DNA of 64,000 nucleotides from Eledone cirrhosa. Taxonomy: Eukaryota. The position numbers were made by a program, and so were the translations under genes. Under the pieces are notes generated by a model, which saw only the letters and a list, made by a program, of their open reading frames with translations, had not been told where the DNA came from and did no database searches. Position 1 is the stretch's first letter, and every line of letters begins with the position of its first letter. The stretch lies in NCBI GenBank assembly GCA_964016885.1, contig OZ024753.1:33852001-33916000 (forward strand), in the 5' to 3' direction. Positions 13,970 to 27,910 of this stretch are shown piece by piece.

Positions 13970-14019
<50 letters not shown>

Positions 14020-14022
<3 letters not shown>

Positions 14023-14183
14023 GGAGGTGAGTTTTATTGTAGTACAATAAAGTGTTTTTAACCTTCATATCATGTCCTCCTATTTTATCTGATGAAAACA
14101 CAAATGTTATTGCATGATGATATTTTTGTTTTTGAAATGCGCATAATAAAATACATGGAACTCATTTAACCATATTTTGATCT

Positions 14184-14185
<2 letters not shown>
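14020..14185 (+). mobile_element. Hammerhead-bearing pseudo-LTR fragment (motif 14081-14153); second copy at 62704-62858
   Basis: TATTTTAT CTGATGA long stem II GAA ATG-CG-CAT A ATAAAATA; bounded by TA tracts. Confidence 0.7.
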
Positions 14186-14241
<56 letters not shown>

Positions 14242-14408
14242 CAATTCCAGCCTCCTGTTATTTTATTATAATAATTAACTCCGTACTCGCACCACCAACT
14301 ACACAAACGAAGACGGGTGAGCTGCATTAAGTTGAGTACTCTCCATAATATTACATCGAGATTGACCATACAGAATGGCCAATTCTATCCTGTAGTGAAC
14401 CAACAAAC

Positions 14409-14462
<54 letters not shown>

Positions 14463-14686
14463 AATTAGTATATCTACCAACATATATATACATATGTATA
14501 CCTATGCAAACAAATATATAGGTTTTGTCTTAGTAACTTTGTGGTTCAATGCAAGGGGGTGCAGAACAATTATATGAAAAACGTAAAATAAGAAAATTAT
14601 AATAATTAGCTTACTTACTTAAATTTCACTCCAACTAATTTAAGTAAGTAAGCTAATTACTATAATTTTCTTTTTTCATATATATA

Positions 14687-15062
14687 TATTGTTATACTTT
14701 GGGAGGGTCATGTTGCCAATAAGAAACACACACACCAGTTGCTTTCCCTTTAATTTATTATAATAAATTTATAAATTTAGGAATTTATAAATTTCCGGTT
14801 GGTTGGTTGGTTCCAAACCAGATGGTTGTTTATATATTGTCACAGTTCTTTCGTCACACATTCTGTGACCTCTTCAGTGACTGGGGTTCTTTTCTTTGTT
14901 TTTTTGTGCCTCTCCTTTGTTCTGTCCTACGCCATCTTGATGGCGTAGGACAACTGGTGCGTGTGTTTCTTATTGGCAACATGACCCTCCCAAAGTATAA
15001 CAATATCGGTTTCAACACACGTTTTCAGATAAAGAATCTTGCTAAACAAATTCAGAAACGAC
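14687..15062. mobile_element. Penelope-like family A: pseudo-LTR on minus (hammerhead-like 14839-14881) joined through a hairpin to an inverted copy reading [27 protein letters not shown]
   Basis: Arms ~14687-14741 and ~14952-15004; junction hairpin GTCCTACGCCATC-TT-GATGGCGTAGGAC. Confidence 0.75.
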
Positions 15063-16090
15063 AAATATATATCTATATATCCATGTGTGCGTGTGTGTGT
15101 GTGTGTATTTGTGGAAGGTGTATGTAGGTCTGTGTGTGTATTTGTGGAGGCTTTATGTGTGTGTGAGTGTGTGCATATTTGTGGAGGGTGTATGTGTGTT
15201 TATGTGCGTGTGTGTATTTGAGGAGGATGTGCCTCTGTTAGAGTGTGTGTATGTGTATGTATTTGTGTGTATGAGTGTGTGTGTGTGTCTGTTTGTATGT
15301 GCGTGTGTGTATTTGAAGAGGATGTGCCTCTGTTATAGTGTATGTATGTGTATGTATTTGTGTGTATGAGTGTGTGTGTATGTCTGTTTGTATGTGTGTG
15401 TATAATCTACCCAATTATCTGATAAATGAGCTGAATATAAAAAAATCTTTTTATTATTTTTGCGACATATTAATGATGAATGTAAATGGCATTTCACGCT
15501 ATACAGAAAGAATTTAATTCAATTTCAATATTATGCAACAGCTTAGATATAATATTATGAATTCTAATTAAGATTAATATGTCAATCCTGTCAGTTTGTG
15601 CTAAATAGTTAATTATTCAATTATTCATAACTAATATTTATTTCATTTTGTTTAACTTTAAACACTAAAACTAATTTAAAGCATTTTTCAAGTCTTTTGT
15701 TACAGTATATGAAATATATGTGGTTCTATGTAACACAGTGAGATATCTTATTGATAGGTGTGTTACACCAGGGACAGGCGACACGCTGTTGTGGACGTGG
15801 CTTCAGTTCATTCACCTGGCAAACGGTGAGTTGTAACTGTAATTCAAGAGGTGAGCCTTATCACAGTCAGTGTTACACTGAATCTCCCTGAGAACTACGT
15901 TATCGGTACACGCGTCTGTGGAATCCTCAGCAACGTATAGCTGGAAGTTTTAGTTAATCGAACAACTGAATGCTCATCATTGAAGTACTGGGGTCGACTT
16001 AATCGACTTTTTCCCTCCCCTCCCCTCCCCCCACACCAGATTACTGGCCTGGTGGCTGTACTAGAAATTATTATTATTATATATATATAT

Positions 16091-16195
16091 GCTGCCGAGA
16101 CTAAATTTGCCTTTCATCCTTACGTGGGTCGATAAAATAAAGTACCAGTAATGCACTGGGGTAATTCCTGGCCTTGTGCCAAAAGTAGAAACAAT

Positions 16196-16231
<36 letters not shown>

Positions 16232-16526
16232 GTCTGTGTGTGTGTGTGTGTGTGTATGTGTGTGTGTGTGTGTCTGTGCCAAAAGTAGAAACAAGTAGAA
16301 ACAATTATTATATATATATATATATGTATGTATGTATATATATACGTGTGTGTGTGCATGTATGTGCGTGTGTGTGTGTCTGTGTGTGTCTGTGTGTGTC
16401 TGTGTGCGTATGTGTGTGTGTATGTGTGTCTGTGCCAAAAGTAGAAACAATTATTATTATTATATATATATATATATATATGTATGTATATACGTCTGTG
16501 TGTGTGTGTGTGTCTGTGTGTGTGTG

Positions 16527-16557
<31 letters not shown>

Positions 16558-16645
16558 CTGTGTGTGTGTGTCTGTGTGTCTGTGCCAAAAGTAGAAACAA
16601 TTATTATTATTATATATATATATATGTATGTATATATATACGTCT
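16091..16645 (+). repeat. Partial SINE whose 3' end is amplified as four units with (TA)n/(TG)n
   Basis: TGTGCCAAAAGTAGAAACAA at ~16176, 16276, 16432 and 16581. Confidence 0.85.
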
Positions 16646-18924
16646 GTGTGTGTCTGTGTGTATATGTGTGTGTGTGTGGGTGTGTGGGTGTGTATATGTG
16701 TGTGTGTGTGTGTATGTGTGTCTGTGTGTCTGTGAGTCTGTGTGTCTCTGTGTCTGTGACAGAAACAGTGAGCGAGTGACTGGGTGTGTGAGTGAGTGAA
16801 TGAGAGAAAGAAGGAAATATATATCTAGATATCTCAATCATTTATCTTAAACTGTCAGTAATATTATAGCCATCTTTTCATTCCCAAACTTCAGAAATGC
16901 CAAATTTCCACCATCTTATTCAAGTTGATATGATTAGTTTTGTATTTACCATACCCCTGAAGAGAGATAGATCAAAACTCATATCAGTGTTTTAAAGACA
17001 AATTGAGTGTTAAATGCATTTCAAAGAAGCAACTGACATTTTTATTGTGAAGCCTTTTGAAGACGATTCGGAATTTAGTTTTACACCTACATATTCATGA
17101 CAAAGACTTTTTTTATAAAAGTATATAAGAAATCACGACGGCTATCAAAAAGTGTTATGATATGATATTCAAGTTGAATATATATTCACAATGAATATGA
17201 TATATTTGCTATATATTTTATATAAAACACAATAATATGTGTGTGTATGTGCGTGCGTGCGTGCGTGTGTGTGCGCGATTGATTTCCATGGATATGTGTC
17301 TGTATTGATTTTATTGATATTCGTATTTGTATAAATATTTGTATTTGCTCCTATTTGTCTCATTTTTTTTTATCTGGTTTCGATGTTGTTGCTGTGACAG
17401 TTTTACCTACATACATTCAACACCTATTTTTTTTTTTTTTTTTTTTTAATATTTTCTTGTATTCGTCTCATTTTGTTATCTTGTTTTGATGTTGTTGCTG
17501 TAACAGTTTTACCTATACCTATCCAACACCTAATTTTTTTCTCTAACGAATAACATGTTTGTATGTATAATTTGTATAAAGGTGTTGTTATGACAGTTTT
17601 ATCTACACCTTTTCAACACATAATTTTTTCTCTAAGGAATAACATGCTTGTTTGTATGCTTTCTATAAAGATGTTCTGATGTGATATATAATTTTATTCT
17701 TAAGGTGTAAAAGATCCCACCTTAGTTTACTTTAGTTGAAATATAAGGTCAGTTGTATGAGGTCAGTCATTTTATTGATAATTTCCAAAGCAGGAAGTTA
17801 GTATTTAATGGACAATAAATGGTCTACCTTACTTTTCCATTACTGTTAAGAAATATGTAGTTTTAGTATATATATTCTGTCATATTAATGGAAAATCGGA
17901 TGTCACGTCTAAAAGAAATATATTATATGTTTGGCTTCAAATTGCGATGTTAAATCCTACAGATAAAGGAACGAGTAGCATTTCTTTATAAACAGTGAAA
18001 AGGCTAGAAAGTTAGATTATGTTAATTACGTTAAGTAATTTGATGACGTTAAGTAAATAAGAAAGCGTTATGCAATTGTGCATCTCAAACATTTGTTCAA
18101 CACTCAAATGTATATAGACTTTAGACTATTTTTTATCTCAGTACCGGGTGAGTGATTTTCATTGTTGAATGATTAATGAGTTTTGAAACAGCTGTCTCAC
18201 ATTCTCACCAGCCACCGAAATAGTTGTGAATGTTTTCACAGCACAAAAAAAAAGGAAAATATATCTTCATAACAAAATTTTGTTTTTTTATTCATAGCGA
18301 AGCTCTCTTGTGTTTATGATACATAAACATATATATGTTTTCATATACACCCCCGTTATGTCTATGAGTTTATCCATGTTGTTTCAATCTCTAGTACATG
18401 TAGAAATATTTCAGTCTGCAATACATGACAACATATTTTCATAACGAAAAATATTTGTTCTTTCATAGCGAGGCTCACATGTGTTTACGAAACATAAATA
18501 TATCATATACATTTTCATATACACCCATGTTATATCTATGAGCTTATGGATGTAATTTTAATTGGCAAAATAACCGATCCAAACACAACACTCGCGGCTA
18601 GGTCACCCGGTTAAATATATTTTTTAAAAGATTGTAAAATAATTGCAGGATACTGAGAATCAGTATATAATAAATATTTATATATTTATGCTGCAGGCAT
18701 GGATAATGTTGGTTGTTGTTATTGTTGTTGTTGTAATTGTTTTGGTGATAAAGGTTTTGTTAATGATTACTGTGTTGGTTGTGATGGCATTATCAGTGTT
18801 GGCGATGGAAGTGGTGTTGAGGGGGTGTTTTGTTCTAACTAGGATTTTTTTTCAAATCGCTTTTATATTTATATACTCATACATATATATGTATGAGTAT
18901 ATAAATATAAATTCGTAAAGACAG

Positions 18925-19215
18925 ATGGTGGTGATGATGGTAATGGTTGTGGTAGTGGTGCAGGTGATATTGATCTTAATGATTATGGTGGTGTTGGTGG
19001 TATTGATGGTAATGGTGGTGGTAATAGTGGTGGTAGTGATGCTAAAGATGATGGTAGAGATGATGGTGGGGGTGGTTATGGTAATGGTGGTGGTGATGGT
19101 AGTGGTGGTTGTGGTGGTGGTGGTGATGGTAATGGTGGTGGTGGTGGTGATGGTAATAGTGGTGGTAGTGATATTGAAGATGATGCAGATAACGGTGGTG
19201 GTGGTGGTGGGGGTA
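18925..19215. repeat. Degenerate (GGT/GAT)n repeat
   Basis: Direct reading. Confidence 0.9.
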
Positions 19216-19507
19216 TGAAGGTGATGGAAGAAATGTAATCATGTACGCCTGCATACATGGACAATACAATTGTAAATAGAAAATCCAGACATTAGAATTT
19301 CCAGATTTAACTGGATAATATTTTTTCACTTTTTTCATGGGAGTCAAATCAATTTTTCTTCAGTCTGTTGCTTCTAGACAACTTGACTTTACTGAAATTC
19401 TACAACACAACAGATAAAATATCCTACCTCTTCTATAAATATACATACATATATACACATGCATACATATACATACATAGATAGATAGATATAAATGTAT
19501 GTATATG

Positions 19508-19612
<105 letters not shown>

Positions 19613-19638
19613 ATATATATATATGCGTATGTGTATGA

Positions 19639-19683
<45 letters not shown>

Positions 19684-19686
19684 CAG

Positions 19687-19757
<71 letters not shown>

Positions 19758-20421
19758 AAATTAATCTGGAAAAAACTATTTTGATGAACAAAATTAAATT
19801 TCAGAAGCCTGTATAAAACTTTTTGCTATGAAATTAATCTCACAAACAGAATGAACAAACTTTTATGGATTTCACAACAAAAATCAAAACATTGAAGCTT
19901 TCGGCTTCATATCTATAGTACTAGAATTATTTTTTTTTATCAATTGGTATTCTGGTTTCTGTCATGATTTATTTATTTTATTAATTAATTATTTAACTAT
20001 ACCATATGTGCGTATATATGTCTGTTCTTGTGTGAATATTTTAATGTGTGTGTATGTATGTGGCATAATGTTTGTTTTTTCTATATATAGGTTTCCTTTA
20101 GTGACTTTAAAATGTATATAACAGCGTGTATTGTCCAATGTAATCTGTGGCACAATCAACAGTTTTCTGAATGACATTTGCAAGGCCCATTGAGGCTACT
20201 GTTAACAATATTTCATCGTTCACTCTAAAAATGCAGTGTAAGTTCACAAAAGTATATGTATATTTAATGGCTTAAAGCACCAAGCCGGTATTTTGGTGTT
20301 ATCTGGTCCGATTCCTCAAACGACCGACAGTAACTTCTTTTTCCATCTTTAAGGATATTCACCCTATTATATAAGGCATTTTATAGCATCTCCACGAATG
20401 AGTACACCATACTTTATATAT

Positions 20422-20529
<108 letters not shown>

Positions 20530-20548
20530 ATATATATATATACATATT

Positions 20549-21046
20549 TCGTTTCTGAATTTGTTTAGCAAGGTTCTTTATCTGAAATCGTGTGTTGAAA
20601 CCGATATTGTTATACTTTGGGAGGGTCATGTTGCCAATAAGAAACACACGCACCAGTTGCTTTCACTTCAATTTATTATATATTTATAAATTTATAAATT
20701 TACAAATCTACACACTTATAAATTTCTGGTTGGTTGGTTGGTTCCACAACCAGATAGTTGTTTATATATAGTCATAGTCCTTTCGTCACACACTCTGTGA
20801 CCTCTTCAGTGACTGGGGATTCCTTTCTTTGTTTCTGTCCTACGCCATTTTGTTTCTGTGTGTGTGTTGTGTGCTCAGTTTGCGCATGCGCCACATCCGG
20901 GTGTCTGTGTGTGTTTGTGTTCATTTATCTATTTGTTCATTTATCTATTTGTTTATTTATTTATTTATTTATTTACATGTTGTTGGTTGGTTGTTTGTTC
21001 TATGTGTGTGTGTGTTTTCATAACATGACCCTCCCAAAGTATAACA

Positions 21047-21048
<2 letters not shown>
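20549..21048 (-). mobile_element. Penelope-like family A copy with putative ORF start and an inverted terminal piece
   Basis: Highly similar to 14687-15062; same [11 protein letters not shown]... reading; inverted terminus at ~21021-21048. Confidence 0.75.
20770..20814 (-). ncRNA. Type I hammerhead motif (family A)
   Basis: AGTCA CTGAAGA G GTCACA-GAGTG-TGTGAC GAA AG-GA-CT A TGACT; all stems pair, CUA site. Confidence 0.75.
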
Positions 21049-21079
<31 letters not shown>

Positions 21080-21088
21080 CGATATTAA

Positions 21089-21144
<56 letters not shown>

Positions 21145-21192
21145 GATATTAATGTGTGTGTGTGTTTTCATAACATGACCCTCCCAAAGTAT

Positions 21193-21237
<45 letters not shown>

Positions 21238-21239
<2 letters not shown>

Positions 21240-21720
21240 CGATATTAAGCAAATGGAAACTATATTTATAAAACCATATTTATTTCATTATATATATTTC
21301 AGGGATATCATATTAAAAATATGGTATGCCCTCTTCAGACAAAATACAATATATAAACAGTTTTATAAATAAATTTGACATACCTTAAACTTTACAACTT
21401 CCATTTAAAAACAACTTTTTAAATGGAAGTTTTTAAACTTCCATTTAAAAAACAACTTTTTAAATGGAAGTTGTAAAGTTTAAGGTATGTCAAATTTATT
21501 TATAAAACTGTTTATATATTGTATTTTGTCTGAAGAGGGCATACCATATTTTTAATATGATATCCCTGAAATATATATAATGAAATAAATATGGTTTTAC
21601 AAATATAGTTTCCATTTGCTTAATATCGTAAACCTACTCCAAAAACTTGTTGAGTGCTTTTATATCAGTTATAAAATATTTACTCGTTGTTAACCCAACA
21701 ATTTTAAATAAAACTTTTGC
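21238..21720. mobile_element. Family B-related palindrome with doubled central hairpin; hammerhead motif at 21522-21587 (+) and its mirror
   Basis: Arms ~21238-21396 / 21472-21630; CTGAAGA GGG..CATATT-TTT-AATATG..CCC T GAAATATATATA; right arm extends ~90 bp further. Confidence 0.8.
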
Positions 21721-22025
21721 ATATATTTATATATATATTCTATCTGACACTCTAAGGTGTCTAATAATTTACCTCCTTATGTGAATAAGATATATTTAAT
21801 CATTGGATGCTTTATCTATTTTGAATTGTTATCAATCAATGACTAGTGTCTATATTTTATATTGAAGACAGTAAATTAAAAGAGTCGTTAGAATGTCAGA
21901 TAGAGTGGTTTGTGGTATTCATTTATGCTCTCTGTCTTCTGATTTCAAATTACATCGAGGTCAATTTTGCCTTTCATCCTTTCGAGATCGATAGAAAAAT
22001 TAGCAGTTGATTACAACTGTCGATT

Positions 22026-22108
<83 letters not shown>

Positions 22109-22408
22109 CTTATGAATAATTCTTTTGAATTCAGACCTGGAAAAATAAGCCGTTTGTTACGCCAGAATGTATGTATGCACCCATAACTCCCTTTTAATCC
22201 AACAGGAGTTATGGGTCCATACATACATTTTGTCTCGTCGTTTTTATAAAACTCTCACTGACTAGCATTGTAATGTTGCCAATTTAGCATTTTTAATGCT
22301 AGATCTAACATTTTTTTTCAAAGCATTTTGCAGGAACATTTCGAATCTAACATTTAACATGGAAAATCGCAATTTTAAAATTTTATTTAGTATTTTTCTC
22401 TGATTATT

Positions 22409-22597
22409 GGTGGATTGGCAGTATTGGTAGAGTGCCGGATGCCATGCTTTGACGCATAGAGTTACGGCCCTTGCCATTCTGAGTTCAAATCCCGCTGAGG
22501 TTAACTTTGCCTTTCATCCTTACGGGGTCGATAAAATAAAGTACCAGTAATACACTTGGTAATTGCTGGCCTTGTGCCTAACGTAGAAACAATTATT
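22409..22597 (+). mobile_element. tRNA-derived SINE, near full length
   Basis: Pol III box A and box B plus conserved body and ...GTAGAAACAATTA end. Confidence 0.88.
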
Positions 22598-23049
22598 GCA
22601 TTTCCACGATACTAAACCTTTTTTTTTTCTCTTGTTCTGTTTGCCTACTTTATTTTTCTACTTCTATTTTTTTAAATTATTTACGTATTTTACAGCCGAA
22701 TTTTAGTACTATCGGTTAATGTTGAATTTTTTCTTTCGCTGTCATGATTTTCCAAATAAAAGGTTATCGAGTATTTCCTTGTCACCCTTACACTTTACAA
22801 ATATGTAGCTAACAGTGATGCATCTAATATCAAATACGCAAATAAATCTCTATTTTAATCTATATGTATGGATCCGTATCTCTTGATGGAGTCGTAGTTG
22901 CGCTGAGATAACATACAGCAGACTTTGACTATTTTAAACCTGGTAGTGCCCATCTTTTATCCAAGTTTGAATACAGCCGAATTCTTCCAAAGAATGAGAG
23001 AGAGTAATAGGAAGAAGGAAGTGAGAAAAGATATAGATATAAAAAAAAA

Positions 23050-23215
23050 ACTCAACCCCAGTACTAGATTGCTACTTTTTACCGACCTCGAAAGAATGAA
23101 AGGCAAAATTGACTTTGGCGGGATTTGAACTTAAAGAGCGCAGAAAGCCGAAAGGAAAGGAATACCGAAGTTCATTCTATTTGAGATTCTAACAATTCTG
23201 CCAAATTACTGCTGC
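23050..23215 (-). mobile_element. Old diverged SINE of the same superfamily
   Basis: GAATGAAAGGCAAAATTGACTTTGGCGGGATTTGAACT. Confidence 0.65.
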
Positions 23216-24239
23216 GGACTTGTCTCTATATATTGTTTCACAAAGTCATAGTAGATATGATTTTATGTGACTAATTGTCTTATCTGTTCTAAACTCAGAA
23301 CGATACGAGGGTGTATTAAATATCTAAGTAAACTAAATGAATACTCATGAATATTAATGAATGGGTATTCTATGTTGCTTGTGATACATTAGATTCAAGA
23401 AATGTCGTTCTGGCATTAACCTTCGATATTTTGTGAAAAAAATATTAAGCGCCGATCAAAGTATAAAACTACAAAACTGTACATGATATATAATGGATTT
23501 AGGAAAAAATAAAAAAGCAACATTCATATAGGTCAGGTCAAGGGATATCAGTTAATTCATAAATATATCGTTCGTAATGCTAGTGTTGAGATATAATAAA
23601 TAATACAATATTGGAAAAAGAAACGAAATGTCACTTGATCCAAATGTTTATACTTATAGAGGCGTGATAGCTGAATTGAATAATCATATATTGATAAAAG
23701 TATATCATCGTGTTGTATTCTTCTGTGATCCCTTTCAAAGAGATGTATTTAATATCTAATCTTAAAGAAAATGTGTCTTGTTTGTTCGATATTTTAGGGC
23801 GGTGGTGTTGTAATGTTTTTTCTCGCAGGTTGAAAAATGTTCCATCCCATTTCGATCTTATATCAGAAATGATGATTTATCTATCAAGTGTTCTATGTTA
23901 GGATTTCGAATTTATTGAAGTTTGTTATTTTACTTAAGGAATATCAGGATGGATATCCGATATACAATATATCTAAACATTACTACGTTTACAAACATAA
24001 TACATAATTATATTTTTTTTTTCTTTCTCTCTGCATATTTATATATATATAGAGATATATATATATATATGTATGTATGTATGTATGTATATAATTAATA
24101 GTATATAAAAGGAACAACTACTTCTCAGATATGAGAAATACAATTTTTGTGTAAGGCAAGTAAGCCAGAGTACGATAAACATAAAATAAATATATGTTTA
24201 TAGTGTTAATATATTTCTTTCTAACATAGGAAGAAGGTC

Positions 24240-25139
<900 letters not shown>

Positions 25140-25515
25140 TACGATATTAACAAATGGAAACTATATTTATAAAACCATATTTATGTCATTATACATATTT
25201 CAAGGACACCAAGTTAAATTATGGTGTGCTTTCATCAGATAAAATATAATATAGAGCAGTTTTATAAATAATTATTGACATACCCTTAAAGAATGCAACC
25301 ATTACTGGTGGAAGCTTCCGGGAGCTTCCATCAGAAATTTTATCTGATGAAAGCACACCATAATTTAACTTGGTGTCCTTGAAATATGTGTAATGAAATA
25401 AATATGGTTTTATAAATATAGTTTCCATTTGTTAATTTCGTATTTTTACTCCAAATATTTGTTGTGTGCTTTATATCAGTTATAAAAATATTTGCTTGTT
25501 GTATCCCAACAATTT
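25140..25515. mobile_element. Family B fold-back with internally deleted right arm; hammerhead motifs in both arms
   Basis: Left arm matches 13176-13354; right arm resumes just before CTGATGA (25344) and extends like the 21631-21720 segment. Confidence 0.8.
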
Positions 25516-25568
25516 AAATATAACTTTTACATTTATATATAGTATTATATATATATATATAAATAGTA

Positions 25569-25638
<70 letters not shown>

Positions 25639-26139
25639 TTATATATAGTATTATATATATGAGGGGCTCGAGGGCTGTGGAAGTTTGCCTGGTTGGTTGT
25701 CTCATCGGGGAGTTCTACTCGAACCGGTAAATTTTTTATATGAATGGATGAAGCCATCTTCTTTGTGTAATAGAATAAATTATCCTACCGCGTAGCTAGC
25801 TCTCACCTATGGCCAATAACTAATGCTAAAGTGGTAGCGAATGTTTTCGCGCTTCTAATTCTTCATACAGAGCGATACGGTTATCCTATCACCTATCATT
25901 AATATCATATTTTTTTAATAATTCCCCAGATATATTCTATTCCTTCTTCAACTGACTTGATATTCTTTCTTTTAGGCTAGGAATAATTATTTATTCTTCA
26001 TCATATATCTTATGATGAATAAAAGAAGATATTTCTAAACTAAAGACATATAAAAATAACTAAACTATAGGAGGGAATAATACAAAGGAAATGTCGAGTG
26101 AATTATTAACAGCTATTGATATAAGTGTAGATATGTGTG

Positions 26140-26212
<73 letters not shown>

Positions 26213-26226
26213 TATGCATGTGTGTG

Positions 26227-26270
<44 letters not shown>

Positions 26271-26457
26271 GTAAAACACATAGTAAACTGGCATATGCGT
26301 TCCTAGGAAATCGATAACATCAGTTTGCTCCAGGAAATTCAGAGTAGCTACGAACTCATGTAAGTTTTATATTATATAATATATTTCCATATATATTTAT
26401 ATATTAAGGTCTCCTTTTTAGTGATTACAATCTCAAAATATACATGAGTAGATTCAT

Positions 26458-26522
<65 letters not shown>

Positions 26523-26529
<7 letters not shown>

Positions 26530-26721
26530 AATTAAAAAGAACAGAAAGATGCAGTAAAAGAGATTTATTTGGTTCTTATGTACGTTTCAATAGACATCAA
26601 TTTGCCTAGATCTCGCTACTTCTATAATGTTATATATTTAGTAGAGCATTCGATATCCAATGCACAATCGATCCCATATCATCAGAGATTATGCATCTTT
26701 CTGTTCTTTTTAATTCTTTAT
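26523..26721 (-). mobile_element. Penelope-like remnant with ~30-bp inverted ends and hammerhead boxes around a long stem II
   Basis: TATAAAGAATTAAAAAGAACAGAAAGATGCA and its complement; minus strand CTGATGA...GAAACGTA; stem I not evident. Confidence 0.5.
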
Positions 26722-27222
26722 ACACGCCCCGGAATATAGCTAAACTGGAATATACACCTTTTTTCTGCATTTCGTTGAGCACCACTCTGTTGTAAGCTGA
26801 CATTCCACTACACGGTACATAACACTGTGTCCTGGAAAACATTAATGCACTCGTGCATAACCAATTATATATATATATATATATATATATAATGCATGCC
26901 ACCTGGTGGTTATATGGTAAGGTTCTTAAGCTGGTTATTATCTCTGCATGGACTAGTGTCCGATCCAATAGTTTGGGTTCTAGTACTCTCAGTTTCTTAA
27001 TTGACGATGAAACCCAGATACGATCCGGCCTGGTGGGGCTTTGTGCTGGGACAAACTTTTATGTAATATGCATACTTGTGTATAAATATATCTACAAATA
27101 TATATAGATATACGTACATATATATATATACATATAATACACATATATTATATACGGGGTCGATAAAATAAAGTACCAGTAATGCACTGGGTAATTGCTG
27201 GCCTTGTGCCTAAAGTAGAAAC

Positions 27223-27280
<58 letters not shown>

Positions 27281-27356
27281 GTGAGGTTTTTTTTACAAAT
27301 TGAAAAATAACCGAGGTGTCCTACACGAGTGAAAGTATAAAGAAAAAGAGATGAAA

Positions 27357-27403
<47 letters not shown>

Positions 27404-27444
27404 CGTAAAATAAGAAAATTATAAAATTAACTTACTAAAATATC

Positions 27445-27526
27445 ACTTCCAACTAATTAGTTTCTGGAATGGAATAAATATATTTTCCGAAGAAGATACA
27501 GAGAAGCATTCCGTCGTCAGGGAAGT
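27445..27526 (-). ncRNA. Type I hammerhead motif
   Basis: ACTTCC CTGACGA C GGAATG...CATTCC A GAA AC-TAATTA-GT T GGAAGT; 6-bp stems I and II, palindromic stem III. Confidence 0.7.
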
Positions 27527-27842
27527 ATATATAGGTTACTAGATATTAATTCTTTATATATATATATATGTAGATTCCTGAGTTGTGTAAGGAGTAACTA
27601 CAGTTACAAAACTTACTCAATTGTAGAATATAGGCATCTTTAATATATATATATATAGAAATTACTTCTACAGGACTAGAACTTTTTCATTCGTATGAAA
27701 CAGTTCTAATCGAGAGGAAGTCATTTCTATATATATGTAATATACAGTATATATATATATATATAACGACGGCTATTTCTGGACTCAGTCCAGAAATAGC
27801 CGTCGAAACGGCTTGAGCTCTGCCGTCGGGGTCATACTTTTT

Positions 27843-27896
<54 letters not shown>

Positions 27897-27910
27897 CATA
27901 CATACATACA

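Noticed and set aside
16955-16990. CTGAAGA followed by a weak hairpin
   Set aside because: No GAAA box or stem I/III, so not counted as a hammerhead
17380-18620. Imperfect local duplications and a possible Helitron-like end
   Set aside because: No clear CTRR terminus with hairpin; cannot classify
22409-22500. tRNA gene-like box A/box B sequences here and in other copies
   Set aside because: They are SINE heads fused to a common body; no complete cloverleaf seen
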